Assembly: GCF_006345805.1 (NCBI RefSeq)
Contig: NC_043013.1
Coordinates: 22,754,001-22,818,000 of the forward strand
DNA: 64,000 nt
Reading direction: 5' to 3'
From: Octopus sinensis
Lineage: Eukaryota
The translations under genes and the position numbers were made by a program. The notes below the pieces were generated by a model. It made no database searches. It was not told the origin of the DNA and was given only the letters and a program-made list of their open reading frames with translations. Position 1 is the first letter of the stretch, and the number at the start of each line of letters is the position of its first letter. Shown here piece after piece: positions 1 to 12,553 of this stretch.

Positions 1-907
1 ATGGTAACGTAGCGTCACGTCCGGCTTAATCGGAGCTTGCGCAGAATGTAAATTTGCTGAATGGTGCTGCAAATTCCTGACTATTGATGGAAAAGTTAGT
101 TTTAAGAATGTGACTTTAACAACAGAGATGATATGCTAACGCCAAGACAGGATCGATTAAGAGTTCCGATGCCAGGAATTTTCAATGAAACCTACTGACA
201 TTAGTAAGGCCAATGTCAGAAAGATAAGAATCTCTCTGTCACTCACTGGGTTGTAATATGAATGAGATCAATGAAGTTTCTTAGAGGGAATTGCAGATAT
301 CACAAGATATTCCTCGCGAAAGAAAAATTATTTCTAAATATCGCATGATCTTATTCTCTCTTTTTTGTTCTCCTTTAAGCTTTTTATTTACGATCAAAGC
401 AGACGATCAATTACTCTGTTCTAACTGTTAGCCACTTGCTCTCTCCCCCCCCCCACCTCACTTTTACTTCAACATCCTCTGCATCGCCCACGAATATGAA
501 TTCATGTTTACTTGAAATTATACGAAGGCATCCTACGTTCGATCCCAGAACAGTCCTCAAATGGTTTATCTGATTGATGCATTTATAAGATCATATAACA
601 GCTCTCTCACTCTCTCCTTCTTTTCTCTCTTCCTCTCTCCCCCTCCATACATGCATATACATACATAAACACATACATACATGCAAACATACATACATAC
701 GTATGTACATATATATATATATATATAATATTAGGGAATATTATTCCAAACTTACAGGGAAAAGTTCAATTTAGAAATACTAAATCAAATTTCACAAAAT
801 TTAATATATATATATATATAAATTAGAAAAATCTATAGGATGTAATTTTTTTTTATATGGTATAATTTAATTTTTTCATTGTTGAATCGATAAAAGGTGT
901 TTTTTTT

Positions 908-938
908 CTAATTTATATATATATATATGTGTGTGTGT

Positions 939-982
<44 letters not shown>

Positions 983-1009
983 TGTGTGTGTGTGTGTTTG
1001 TGTGTATAC

Positions 1010-1051
<42 letters not shown>

Positions 1052-1135
1052 GTGCGTGTGTGTGTATGTATGTATGTAAATATTTGTACGTGTATATATG
1101 TGTACATGTGTATATGCGTGTGTGTTTGTGTGTGA
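908..1135. repeat. Compound (TA)n/(TG)n microsatellite
   Basis: Direct dinucleotide repeats; source of several spurious YIYI/CVCV ORFs. Confidence 0.95.
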
Positions 1136-1532
1136 ATACATGTCGGTTTGGCGGTACAAACAGGATACCTAGAACTCAGGACATGAGTATATTTATTATT
1201 TTAATCAGCAGAAGTTACGCAGTGAGTAAAAGGCCGAGAGTTTCGTTCACGCCACTTATCAAACCGCTGCAAAGTGTGTTTGCTTTTATATAGATTGGCT
1301 TATAATTATCGCTGGATTGTTCGAATAATATCTAAACCGACAGGGTCTCCTGAGTAATGTATAGTTTTCAAATAATCTGTTCATTAAGCAAAATGAAAGA
1401 AGAAAGCATGCGCATATATATACACATGCGCATATATATACACATGCGCATATATACACACGCGCAAACAAACAAATATACCCATACCTATGCACATACA
1501 TGAATACATAAAACACACCATATATATATATA

Positions 1533-1925
1533 TGGGGTCATCCCGTAAACAATGCGGGTTTTTTATACTTCTTTTATTTTCCAAAATTAAGGTAAAGAAA
1601 GTACTATTTTTTAATCTAAAATATACTCTCCTTCATTTTCTACAATGCTCTCCCATCTATCTGGGAGACTTGCAAGTCCCCTCTTCCAAAATTCACTTGT
1701 TCGTCACGAAAAATATTCCTCTAGTACTGTTCTGACCTCGTCTACAGAATTCATATTTTTTGCGCTCAAATAATTTTGAAGACTGCGGAATAAATGATAA
1801 TCAGATGGGACAATATCCGGCGAATATGGTGGGTAGGGCATCGTTTCCCATTCAAACTGTTCCGGCTTTTGTAATGTCATTTTCACTGTATGTGGCCAAG
1901 CATTATCCTGATGTAAGATGTGATA
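1533..1925 (-). mobile_element. Mariner (IS630-Tc1-mariner) transposase 3' remnant with one TIR
   Basis: Minus strand reads HQDNAWPHT...WETMPYPPYSPDIVPSDYHLFRSLQNYL...RWESIVENEGEYILD with one stop. TIR-like tggggtcatcccgtaaac follows a TA at 1531-1532; no partner TIR seen. Confidence 0.9.
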
Positions 1926-2436
1926 TGTTGACTCTTGCTATCGGGAGTCGAATGAACACAAGTCGGTCATTGAAATCCTTTGGCAACCCGGTTAAAATAG
2001 TAGCAATATATGGTCAAGAGCCATAGGCAACACTAGACTTATGGTGTTTATCGTTGCTGATCACCCACAAGTAGAAAATGCAGCGCCGCTCTCAGTCATC
2101 AGACGTTCTTCGACGAAGTATGTTTCCCATAATACAGTCATATCCACGTAGCAACGAGCGAGATCTACAGTATCAAAGAGGTTTGTCTATCAGCTTTAGC
2201 AATGTCCAGAAGTGTACGAATATTCCATGGATCGGCGGGGAATGCAATCATCTTAGCGTATTTTGTATTTATTTTGACTGTTGTCCAATCTGTTGCGGTA
2301 GACTAACAGCACCACGAAGCAGCTATTGTTTTCCTTTTCTTCACAAGAGATAGAGAGGACATTCCTAAAGAGACAGACAGACAGATGAAATTTCTCCGAC
2401 ATACAGTAAAATATTTTTCTCTCTTCTCCTCTTTAG

Positions 2437-2554
2437 ACAACTATTTCTGGACTTTACTTCGACATCCTCAACTACGTTAAGACTGGTCGTAAATGGTTGG
2501 ACAAACAGACCACAGTTGAAAAGATTATTCTCTACCCATATTTCAACATGTCAG
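2437..2554 (+). CDS. Internal exon of a trypsin-like serine protease (peptidase S1) gene; TTISGLYFDILNYVKTGRKWLDKQTTVEKIILYPYFNMS(D)
   Basis: Pyrimidine tract plus ctttag acceptor (2431-2436) and strong donor cag|gtaagt (2555). 118 nt, phase 0 to phase 1, open frame. VEKIILYPYFN matches the S1 'V.KII.HP.YN' segment and joins in frame to the DIAL exon at 25367. Confidence 0.85.
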
Positions 2555-3060
2555 GTAAGTTTGTATATATTAAGTTTTAAAAAATGATTTCTTGATTTAC
2601 CAAGCGTTCGGAAATGCGTAAGGATCGATAGGACAATTTAAATATAACCGGATGTTGTAATCGCTAATTCTTTCAGCTCTCCGATTTATCGTTTAAAGGG
2701 TCTATAGGTTGTATCAAAAATGCGTTTACTAATGCTAGGAACTATGTTGTAGTGACTACTAGGAGGGCGATTAGAATTCTTGTTCATATAAAATAAATTC
2801 TGACTAAACTTCTGGTATGAAGGAATTTCCATTGTTTAAATACAGTATGATGCCTAGAAAATTCACAACGGAGAAATTGCTGTCAGATGTGAAATTTAAA
2901 CTTAAGTCATAAAATAAAGTTATGACGCTTTCCAAACTGCTACTCCTGTTCATACTTCTGAAGAGAACGAGTCCAGCGTTATGATGTATGCCTGTCCCAA
3001 TCTTTGGGAATCGCATGAACATCACAGTTGAAATATATATATATATATATATATATATAG

Positions 3061-3196
3061 TTGTAATTTACAAAGAAAAAAAAGACGAAGACGGGTGCGT
3101 AAACAACAAGAAGTGAGAAAGACTTTTACGTTTCGAGCCTACGCTCTTCAACAGAAAGGAACACAGAAATAAACAGGGAGAGAAAATAAAAAGTTT
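3061..3196 (-). mobile_element. Short non-autonomous PLE-derived repeat with a minimal hammerhead-like motif (3123-3158)
   Basis: Reverse complement reads cttt-ctgttga-a-gagc-gtag-gctc-gaaacgta-aaag; homologous to 10445-10665 and 44395-44545. Confidence 0.7.
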
Positions 3197-3395
3197 GGCG
3201 AAATGCTTTGTGGTATTTCGTCTGCCGTTACGTTCTGAGTTCAAATTCCGCCGAGGTCGACTTTGCCTTTCATTCTTTCAGAATCGATTAAATAAGTACC
3301 AGTTACGCACGGGGTCGATATCATCGACTTAATCCGTTTGTCTGTCCTTGTTTGTCCCCTGTGTGTGTAGCCCCTTGTGGGCAGTAAAGAAATAG
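3197..3395 (+). mobile_element. Nin/Deu-domain tRNA-derived SINE (5'-truncated)
   Basis: B box gagttcaaattcc followed by the Nin domain gaggtcgactttgcctttcat...aagtacca; many homologous copies in the window. Confidence 0.85.
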
Positions 3396-4282
3396 AACAA
3401 GTCCCAAAGGCACGTGTGCTTATATCATGCTATTCTTTTCCATTTGTTTTTTTTTTACGCAGTATCTTCTAAGAACAGAATGAATTCCTGGCATGCAGGA
3501 TGATTTAGCATCGAAATCAATGATGGGCGAAATGCTGCTAGCGAAGAACAGGTCCTTAAGTAGAAACGGTTTGGTAATTGAAGATTAAGGGTCTAATATA
3601 CCAAACTGTACCAATGTAGAATTCTTTTAATCTGGAATATTACGGCACCCTTCGATTACAGACAGTATTTTAGAGGTATACAGCGTTCCGAATTCCAAGT
3701 TGGATAGTGACGAGAATTTGCTTACTGATTTAAACTACTTCTGCCTTGGAGAAGTTAATCAACCGAAATTTGGTTTTGGTGAAAAATTTACGTTTATTCA
3801 GTGTGGCTGAAGAATTAGATAAACTCTTCTGTTCATTCTAAATTTTCAGTGGTAATGCTCTTCTTCGCTTCTAAGTTTCTAAGACTTGCGTGAGATTTCT
3901 TTACATGTTCAGATGGCGCTGTTAGATAATAATCTATTGCTGTCTGTAACTCTAAATTATCCTGGTTATTACCAGAATGGAGATAAATATTTTCGGCTCT
4001 GGGCAGATAATTTAAGGCAAGCTTTTGTTTGTTGATTTTCCTAAATTTGGTGTTCTTAATGCGGTTGAATAAATCCCATAGAAATGGTTCCACATGTTTT
4101 CTCCGCGGATGGTTTTACATAATTTAAAACTATTTTTGTTGTCGTTGTCGTGGCCTTGGTTTCCGTTGTTAAAGAAGTATACTTACCATTTCATTCTTCA
4201 AATAACACTTTATTTTTGTTTTCCAAACTCAGTGGGTGTTCTGAGTAGAAAAATCCAACGGATGGGATGCTGTTTATGTCCA

Positions 4283-4369
4283 GCTGTGAGATCCAAGATC
4301 TGTCCACGGATATGTTCCGAAGTGAAGTCGCTTCGGGCCATATCCGTGGACAGACTTTGAATAGACGGC
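4283..4369 (+). ncRNA. Candidate pri-miRNA-like hairpin
   Basis: Perfect 16-bp arms 4299-4314/4339-4354, one mismatch, 9-bp upper stem, 4-nt loop, and an imperfect basal stem to 4283/4369. Four G-U pairs work only on the + strand. Confidence 0.45.
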
Positions 4370-4446
4370 CAACCAGTCGAAAATAGCTGGATGCAACTGC
4401 TATTTTCTGTGCAGGAGCAAAGTGCGTCGGACAAATTTAAACCAAA

Positions 4447-4839
4447 TCTCTCTATATATAAAGCTGAAGTTGTCTGTGTATGGCAGGTTTAGTAGCCTTC
4501 AACTAACACTATCTTCTCCGAGACCCTGCGGCGCAATTTGACCAAAATTGAGAGTATGATAGAAGAAGGCTTGCTCTTCCTTCCGTGGAAGAAAAAATTC
4601 AAATTGGACCATGTTAACACCAAAAACTATTTACATCAAAAGGTGCTTTTTTTTCTATGAAAATCCCTATTTTTTACGATTTTTTGAGTGCTGTGTCGCC
4701 ATTTATCGGTGTATTTCAACCAGAAAAATATTCACTTAAAGAGAACAACAAGCTACACAATGCAATTTTTTTTCTTTTTCAAAAATTCCAATTTTAATGG
4801 GTCGAAACAAACCCAAGCAACGGCGGGCGATACTGCTAG
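4447..4839 (+). mobile_element. Non-autonomous Helitron-type element
   Basis: A|TC start (tctctctatatataaa), subterminal ccca/gagcaacg(g/c)cggg hairpin region and CTAG|T end, no TSD; ends shared with 8199-8504. Confidence 0.8.
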
Positions 4840-5082
4840 TATACTATAAAATTAACTGTAGAAATGAAATGCAGATGTACCAGTCTCCGTAGTCATGGCA
4901 ACTGCCTTGATGTACACTCAGTAAACTATTCATACTCTGGTGAAGCGAACCCAGAACTGAGAGATCGGGGCAATGACAATGGGATTGATCAACCTAAGTA
5001 ATATTAGATGCTCCTTACTACGCGAGACGGTTAATCTGGAGCTCGGTTTATAAATGAGTGCTCGTACGGTACCCGCCGAGAT

Positions 5083-5410
5083 CTTAAGACTCCGCCGGTT
5101 ACGACGACGAGGGTCCCAGCTGATACGATCAACGGAACAGCTTGCTCGTGAAATTAACGTGTAAATGGTTGAGCATTCCACAGACACGTGTACCCTTAAC
5201 GTAGTTCTCGGGGCAAATCAGCGTGACACAGAGAGTGACAAGGCTGACCCTTTGAAATACAAGTACAACTCATTTTTGCCAGGTGAGTGGACTGGAGCAA
5301 CGTGAAATAAAGAGTCTTGCTCAGGAACACAACGCGTCGCCGGGAATCGAACTCGCAACCTTACGATCATGAACCGAATGCCCTAACCACTAAGCCACGC
5401 GCCCTCACCA
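5083..5410 (-). mobile_element. Full-length Meta-domain tRNA SINE with 12-bp target-site duplication
   Basis: tRNA A/B boxes and Meta domain (rc of gtgt(t/c)c(c/t)tgagcaagac...gctccagtccactca). TSD acccgccgagat at 5071-5082 and 5411-5422. Closely similar to 60326-60648. Confidence 0.9.
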
Positions 5411-5599
5411 ACCCGCCGAGATAATCTATCCATATCTACTCGTTATATGTATACACAGACACACAGACACGCGCGCGCACACACACACACACAGATAGAC
5501 AGATAGGCAGTCAGACAGACAGATAGATAGATATATGCATGTATGTATGTATATATGTATGTATGTATGTATGTATGCGTGTATGTGTTGCGTAGTCCA

Positions 5600-5800
5600 G
5601 TATTCTGGGTCAAGGATTCTTCAGAACAATGCCGACCTGTCCAAGGTCAACTTCTGAGTTTTACGAACCATTGACTCGCCGGTCTTGAGTTTGCATACGA
5701 TTGCTGGAAATACATTTACTTTCTCATCGACAAATACGTCTTCAGGGTATTTAATTCAACCGAGACCGTAAAAACCTTCGGAACGGTCCAAAGTCAGTCT
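5600..5800 (-). mobile_element. Possible degenerate Helitron (Pif1-type) helicase C-terminal fragment
   Basis: Frameshifted minus-strand R(M)Q..RPA..MVRKTQKLTLD.VGIVLKNP resembles QFPVRPAFAMTINKSQGQTLDKVGI.L; matched by eye only. Confidence 0.4.
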
Positions 5801-6209
5801 CTAATCCTCTTATATTGTTTATATAGGGCAGCGATGTAGCGCTTCAGCCGTATTGTTGTTTACGATGAATCAGAACGCACTCTGGCATTAAGTTTGCTTG
5901 AAAATAAGCAATCTAAACAGCTCAACCAATTCTCCGAATAAACGATTTTCATTTCAAAGTGTTAATCATTGCTTTGTCATTATCTTCGCTTCTTCATATT
6001 TAAAAGACAACCTACTTATGGTGGTACTGCGCATTATCCAGAAATATCTTTAATGTTAAAATTTTTGTAAAATCATAACATCTCACAAAATGACACGCAT
6101 ATTTATTACGCTGGAGACAAGAAGCATTTTTCGAAAATATATTTTGTTATTTTTTGTTTTCGTTGACCTAGCACTTCTTATTTATCACAAAATCTCAAGA
6201 ACCTTTGTA

Positions 6210-6288
6210 ATACATATATACATACATACATACATATATACATATTTATTTATTTATATATATATATATTATATATATATTATATATA

Positions 6289-6351
<63 letters not shown>

Positions 6352-6502
6352 CATATACATATATATTTATTTATATATATATTTATATATTTATTTATTT
6401 ATTTATATATATATACACACACATATATATACATATACATACATCCATACATGTGTATACATATATATGTGTATATATATGTACATGTATATATACATAT
6501 AC

Positions 6503-6577
<75 letters not shown>

Positions 6578-6640
6578 TATATACACACATTTATATACAT
6601 GCATACATGTATATATATGTATAGATATAATTTAAATGTA
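6210..6640. repeat. Long imperfect (TA)n/(TACA)n microsatellite
   Basis: Direct inspection. Confidence 0.95.
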
Positions 6641-7459
6641 TATATTTATGTGCGTGTATTGTATGCTTTTTTGCATTATTATATTACAGCAGTTGAGAAC
6701 GAGAATATATGTTGAGATTGATAAAGTTTGAAATGTAGATACAGTGGAAGATGGAGATAAGAATACACATACAAGTACTAATAGGAATAAAATTTGCGCG
6801 CAAATAATACTAACATAGAGATGTACATACGTATATACACGCAGAGATAGGAGCGTAAGTGCTCTGCTGTGCATATACATACATGCGAACATACATGTGT
6901 AGGGGAGGTGGAGAGCGAGGAATCCAGTTAATGACAAAAATAGGCGAACGAATAGATGTGTGTATCTATATGTATTACACATACACTCAAGCATACACAT
7001 GTCTGTATGTAAATGCATGTGTGTGTATAAATATATGTACATACGCATACATACATACATACATGCATGCATACATGCAAAAATATACATATATATATAT
7101 ATATGTATATATTTTTATATCTATACGTGTGTGTATGTGTTTGTGTGTTTTTGTGCGTGTGTGTATGTGTGTGTGTGTATAAAAGATTTCTTGGGCGCAT
7201 ACGTGTATACTTACGCATAAACACAGAGAGAGAGACTCGCAATGTCTTCATTAAGATTCACAATAATGTTTTCATCTCTTTCTCTGTCAAACCACTGTTC
7301 CCTGTCATTCAAACCCACCATTTTCCACCAAGTCCATATCTCTTTCTTTTTCTCGCTACACGCACACACACACACACACCACACACACACACACACATAT
7401 ACGTGTACATGTATATTTAAAGATGCATATACATATCTTACCACCACAGAACAGTACAT

Positions 7460-7492
<33 letters not shown>

Positions 7493-7515
7493 CTATATAT
7501 ATATACATATATATA

Positions 7516-7567
<52 letters not shown>

Positions 7568-7748
7568 ATATGTATATATATATGTGCGTGTGTATGTATG
7601 TATGTATGTATGTATGTATGTATGTATATGTAGGCGTAGCTTTATTTTACATTTAAACATACATACACTCAAGACATACATGTATTACACACATGTATGC
7701 ATATATAAAGAGGTATAAATGTATGTACGTATGTATATATGTATATAT

Positions 7749-7791
<43 letters not shown>

Positions 7792-8198
7792 AGCATATTT
7801 ATATACTCATGTAAACATACATTTAGTTAGCCTTTTAAGCATTATAGATATATACAAATATAAATAATTAAATGTATATATATTAGTGTGTATGTATGCA
7901 TGTATACACACACACATATGTGTGTATAGGGATGCATATATCTGACATTTTATACAGTAACAGGGAGACCGCCTTCCGGGTGGTTTTCTGCTCTGTGGCT
8001 AGATAACATTCACACTTTCGTCTCTGAATTTCTGTGATCTTTCTGCATCTCATTTTCCTTTGTATCCTTTATTCGTCTAATACAGATGTTCTAAGTTGGG
8101 CATGTCGAAGGAGGCGTTAGGCTTTAGGGAGCGGTGAGGTAGTATAATCAACACAATAAATTTTGCCTGTCGTTCTAATTACATGATAAAACTCGTAA

Positions 8199-8504
8199 TC
8201 TTTATATATAAAATTGAAGTTGTGTGTGTGAGACTCTGTCTCCTCCGATTTAGATTCCCAACTACTCCCACATTTTGCGGTGCAGTTTAACCAAAAGCGG
8301 GTATCTTATAGTCGTCATTCATATCGAGCCCTTCTGTGTATTAGCGCGCGTCTACAATGAGTCTACGATTTTAAAAAAAATTACCATCATTTTTCCGCAT
8401 TTTTAATGATTTTTGCTCGGGTTATATAAAGGAAGTAACTCTCTAAAAATGCTTATATAGTTATTTCCCTTACAAACCCGAGCAACGCCGGGTGATACTG
8501 CTAG
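8199..8504 (+). mobile_element. Non-autonomous Helitron-type element
   Basis: A|TC start, 3' cccgagcaacgccggg hairpin then gatactgCTAG|T; termini match 4447-4839 but the interior differs. Confidence 0.8.
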
Positions 8505-9265
8505 TGGTTATTAAAATAAAATGAGATCTCATCAGGCCCAGTGAAGTCATGGACTTGCAAGGGATAAAGTAAATTTACAATTATTGTCTTTATTAACTTT
8601 TTTCATCCTTTCACTTTTAAAAAGCTTATACAATCCATTTTTAGAGTAAAATTTAGAAATTATCATCCGTATTAAGTTAGTTTAGTTGTGACACCCCACA
8701 TCGGCAATCAAGGTGGGCGCTAGCCATAACAGCTACTTAAAAGAGGGGCCCCACGAAATATAAAACTGAGAACCACTGGTCTAATTGTACTAAGTCGCTT
8801 AATGACTGATTTAGAATAATTCCAAGCACGAACTATTGTTGAGATTTATGAAGAAATCGGATATTATGTTGAATTAATCACGTAAAAGTCTCCAGTTTAT
8901 CGAAATAATTACAGATGTGTGTTCCTCAAATGTTTTTCTTCATAATGTTATGAAAAACAGATGTTTTTAGGAAACTTTCAAGATATATTTTTTAATTGGT
9001 TATACGTTATGATCATATCGGAATTTAATGTTGAAAAAAAAATCGGGTTGGGCGGATAATTTACAAACCTCATTGAAAGGTATGAGGAAACAAAATCAAG
9101 GTGTGTGACTTCTCCGACCACACCCCGATTTTTGTCACATTAAATTTCGACATAATTGTACTTTATGCCATTTGAAACTTATTAGTAGAAAATTTCATCA
9201 AAAATATTTACAAGCTACACACACACACGAATCGAAACACAAAACACATTCGTGCACCAAGGCAC

Positions 9266-9315
<50 letters not shown>

Positions 9316-9994
9316 ACATACACACTCATATATACCATATTAGATATAAGCCAAAAAGCTTTCACGTACAACACACACACACACACATGTACACACTTAC
9401 ATACACACATATACACACTTCATAGTTTACAATTTACAAGCTATCTCCTGAAACACGCCTTTAGACGCCTTAATACGAACAGATATGCATATCAGCACAT
9501 TCTCACACACGGATCATACACATTGACTCACAGTTCCCTCCCTTGTTGCTCTCGTATGTTCTTATGCATGAAATATCTTCACTTATCTTCAAGTTATTCT
9601 AACCTCGGACCATTTTCAGCATGAACTGACGGGACCAAAATGTATTTTCCCGTTTTGTTCTTTTCCTTAACTTTTCCCCCCAGTTTAGTTTCCTGAAAAA
9701 ATGCGTAAGTCATCAATCAAACTACTTCTTTCAACAAAGGTCAAAATTAATAATTTCACTTCATTTTGATTTTGATTTCCACATCATTATTTTTATGGTT
9801 AATTTTCAACCCATAATATGTGTATATGCGTGTGTGTATGCGCGTGTGTGTAGGCGTGTGTGTATATACATACATACATGGTGGTTGTCTACTCCTTAAC
9901 AAGAGTTTGACCCACCTACACCTTAGCACCATCATGGCATCTGATGTGGCTTTTTAAACCAGACAATGTTCTGAAAAGAGACCCACATAGATTG

Positions 9995-10300
9995 AGACAT
10001 TTTAGAGTAAGTTACAAGTGCACTTTTAGGTTTCTGCCAACCAACAAATTCAGTGATTTTACTAAGATTTGATATACAGGAAGTACCTGTGCAGATGAAT
10101 AGTTTTCAGTGGGTGCAGCTCGCACTGCACTACCCCCACCTATTGGCCGAAGAAGACTTTCGCCAGTGTAACATGAAAATTGACAAAACCAGGAACTTTC
10201 AAGGCCTCAGGTTTTATTTCAGAGATTTCCTTCGCCTAGTTAGATTACCAACCAAGGTTAAAGAGCTTCTACCTGCCCATGAGGTAAGCTATCCCATTCC
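9995..10300. mobile_element. Unclassified interspersed repeat (second copy at about 55922-56090)
   Basis: gagacattttagagtaagttacaag...ctgcactacccccacctat is shared by both loci. Confidence 0.7.
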
Positions 10301-10398
10301 AGTACATGCATACATACGTACATACATAGATACATACATACGTACATACATAAATTCATACATACATACATACATACATACATACATACATACATACA

Positions 10399-10430
<32 letters not shown>

Positions 10431-10444
10431 CACAAACACATATA

Positions 10445-10665
10445 TACATTCGCCATGACAGATCGCTAACCACTAAACATTTTCTATTTTCTCTTTCTAT
10501 TTTCTATTTTGTCTCTCTGTTTATTTCTGTGTTCCTTTCTGCTGAAGAGCGTAGGCTCGAAACGTAAAAGACTTTCTAGCTTCTCGAGCGTTAAACTAAT
10601 ACACATGTTTGTTGTTTACACACCCGTCTTCGTCTTTGTTTCTTTTTTTATAAATTCTCACTATA
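10445..10665 (+). mobile_element. Short non-autonomous PLE-derived repeat with a minimal hammerhead-like motif (10535-10570)
   Basis: cttt-ctgctga-a-gagc-gtag-gctc-gaaacgta-aaag; flanks homologous to 3061-3196. Confidence 0.7.
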
Positions 10666-10688
10666 TTCATATGCACATACCTATCTAT

Positions 10689-10740
<52 letters not shown>

Positions 10741-10761
10741 ATATATATATATCTATCTATC

Positions 10762-10792
<31 letters not shown>

Positions 10793-11209
10793 TTATCCAT
10801 CTATCTGAGAGTGTGCGTCTGTGTGTGTGAGTGTGTATGTGCGTGAGTCTGTGTGTGTGTTTATTATGTATGTATGCATGTATGCGCGTATAAAATTTCT
10901 ATATTCAGCTAAATTATCCTACGCAAAGTATAAAATCTTTCAATGCAGCGATTTACACTTACTTTGGAACATAACAGAATATTAGGTTACTTATATAATA
11001 TTTTATATCATACATATCATAAAATAGTTTCTCTGAACACACATTATAACACCAAAAGAGTTTGTTATTAGCTCATTTTACCAAACCTTGGGACAGAACT
11101 AAATTTTGAAATTTTAATTGAATTATTTGTAAAAAATCAAAACATTCTTCGTAGGAATTCGACATTATGAACATTAGATTCACGCTTATATCATTTACAT
11201 GTTTACCCA

Positions 11210-11400
11210 GAATCATTAGAACGCCGGGCGAAATGCTTATTGTTACTTCGTCTGTCTTTACGTTCTGAGTTCAAATTCCGCCCAGGTCGACTTTGCCTTT
11301 CATCGTTTCAGGGTCAATAAATTAAGTAGCAGTTGAACACTGGGGTCGATGCAATCGACTAGCCTCATTCCCCCAAACTCCAGGCCTCGGGCCTATCATA
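11210..11400 (+). mobile_element. Nin/Deu-domain SINE
   Basis: Homologous to 3197-3395. Confidence 0.8.
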
Positions 11401-11483
11401 AAAGGGATTAATTAACTACTCTGTCCAATCTTTGTGAACACGACAGCATACACACACACACACATATATATATATAATATATA

Positions 11484-11582
<99 letters not shown>

Positions 11583-12069
11583 TATTATATAAGATTATTC
11601 GATACTTCTTGTCCATATGACTGTCTAAGTAGGAATGTCTGGGTCAGTGCGTCAAAAACTCGGATGAAGAACAAAACAGTCTCCATCCTTTCATGTCTGC
11701 CAGCTTGAGCGGAATCAACTGAAGAAAGTGAAAACGGAAATTGATGTTTGTTGTCTGAGAAAATCTTGGTGATTGATGGAGATGTCTTCAACATTACGTA
11801 TTCATCAGCTGCAAAATTTGTGAGGGTTAGCAGTATGGGGTTGAAATGGATCGCTCTTACATAATATATTGTGGAGAAAGCATCTTAGACATGGTTAGAC
11901 AATCGGTTTTGCCAGCTGAGAGGAGCTAGTTTAAGACTTATTAATGTATAAATATTTAATTAATTATTCACTTCATTAGGTTTTACTTGAACAATAAACT
12001 CGTGTTGATTTCTGGTTATCAACGGACCATTTGCTAATAGAGAGATCTGCGTCGGCGCAACTACTAAGC

Positions 12070-12101
<32 letters not shown>

Positions 12102-12262
12102 TTTTTTTCTTTCATTGTTTTATTCACTTCATCCATGCGGTTGCGGTCATACTGGAGCACTATATATATATGTGTGTGTGCGTAGCGTGTGTATGCAACT
12201 ATATACATGCATACACACACATACACACACACAAACACACACACACCACACACACACACACA

Positions 12263-12302
<40 letters not shown>

Positions 12303-12553
12303 GTGGAGGCGCAATGGTCCAGTGGTTAGGTCAGCGGAATCGCGGTCGTAGGATCGCGGTTTCGATTCCCATGCCGGGCGTTGTGAGTGTTTATTGAGCG
12401 AAAATGCCTTAAATCTCCACGAGACTCCGGCAGGGGGTGGTGATCCCTGCTGTACTCTTTCACCACAACTTTCTCTCACTCTTCTTCTATTGGCCTGCTC
12501 GCTTAGCCAGGCGCGGGTGGCGTAATTCGAAGGTCGGTCACGTGATCACGTGA
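12303..12553 (+). mobile_element. tRNA-derived SINE of a further family
   Basis: A box tggtccagtgg and B box ggtttcgattcc; body unrelated to the other SINEs; ends in tcacgtgatcacgtga. Confidence 0.7.

Larger units (their letters stand above)
2620..4280 (-). mobile_element. Degenerate Penelope-like (Poseidon-type) reverse transcriptase ORF, interrupted by a hammerhead element, a (TA)n run and a SINE at about 3035-3395
   Basis: Frameshifted minus-strand segments VI*RMKW*VYFF, LFNRIKNTKFRK, KFRLINFSKAEVV*ISKQIL, VQFGILDP*SSITKPFLLKDLFFAS, VVNFLGIILYLNNG and VPSISKRI..SGY match successive PLE RT motifs by eye. Confidence 0.75.

Noticed and set aside
2040-2353. Cys-rich ORF 2078-2353 as the His57 exon
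   Set aside because: No TAAHC-like motif or suitable splice sites in any frame.
8086-8133. 48-nt candidate cassette exon with good splice signals and an in-frame TAG (poison exon)
   Set aside because: Such matches are expected by chance in a 23-kb intron; no independent support.
12538-12553. Perfect 16-bp palindrome with two CACGTG E-boxes
   Set aside because: It lies at the 3' end of a SINE and is best explained as a short tail duplication.
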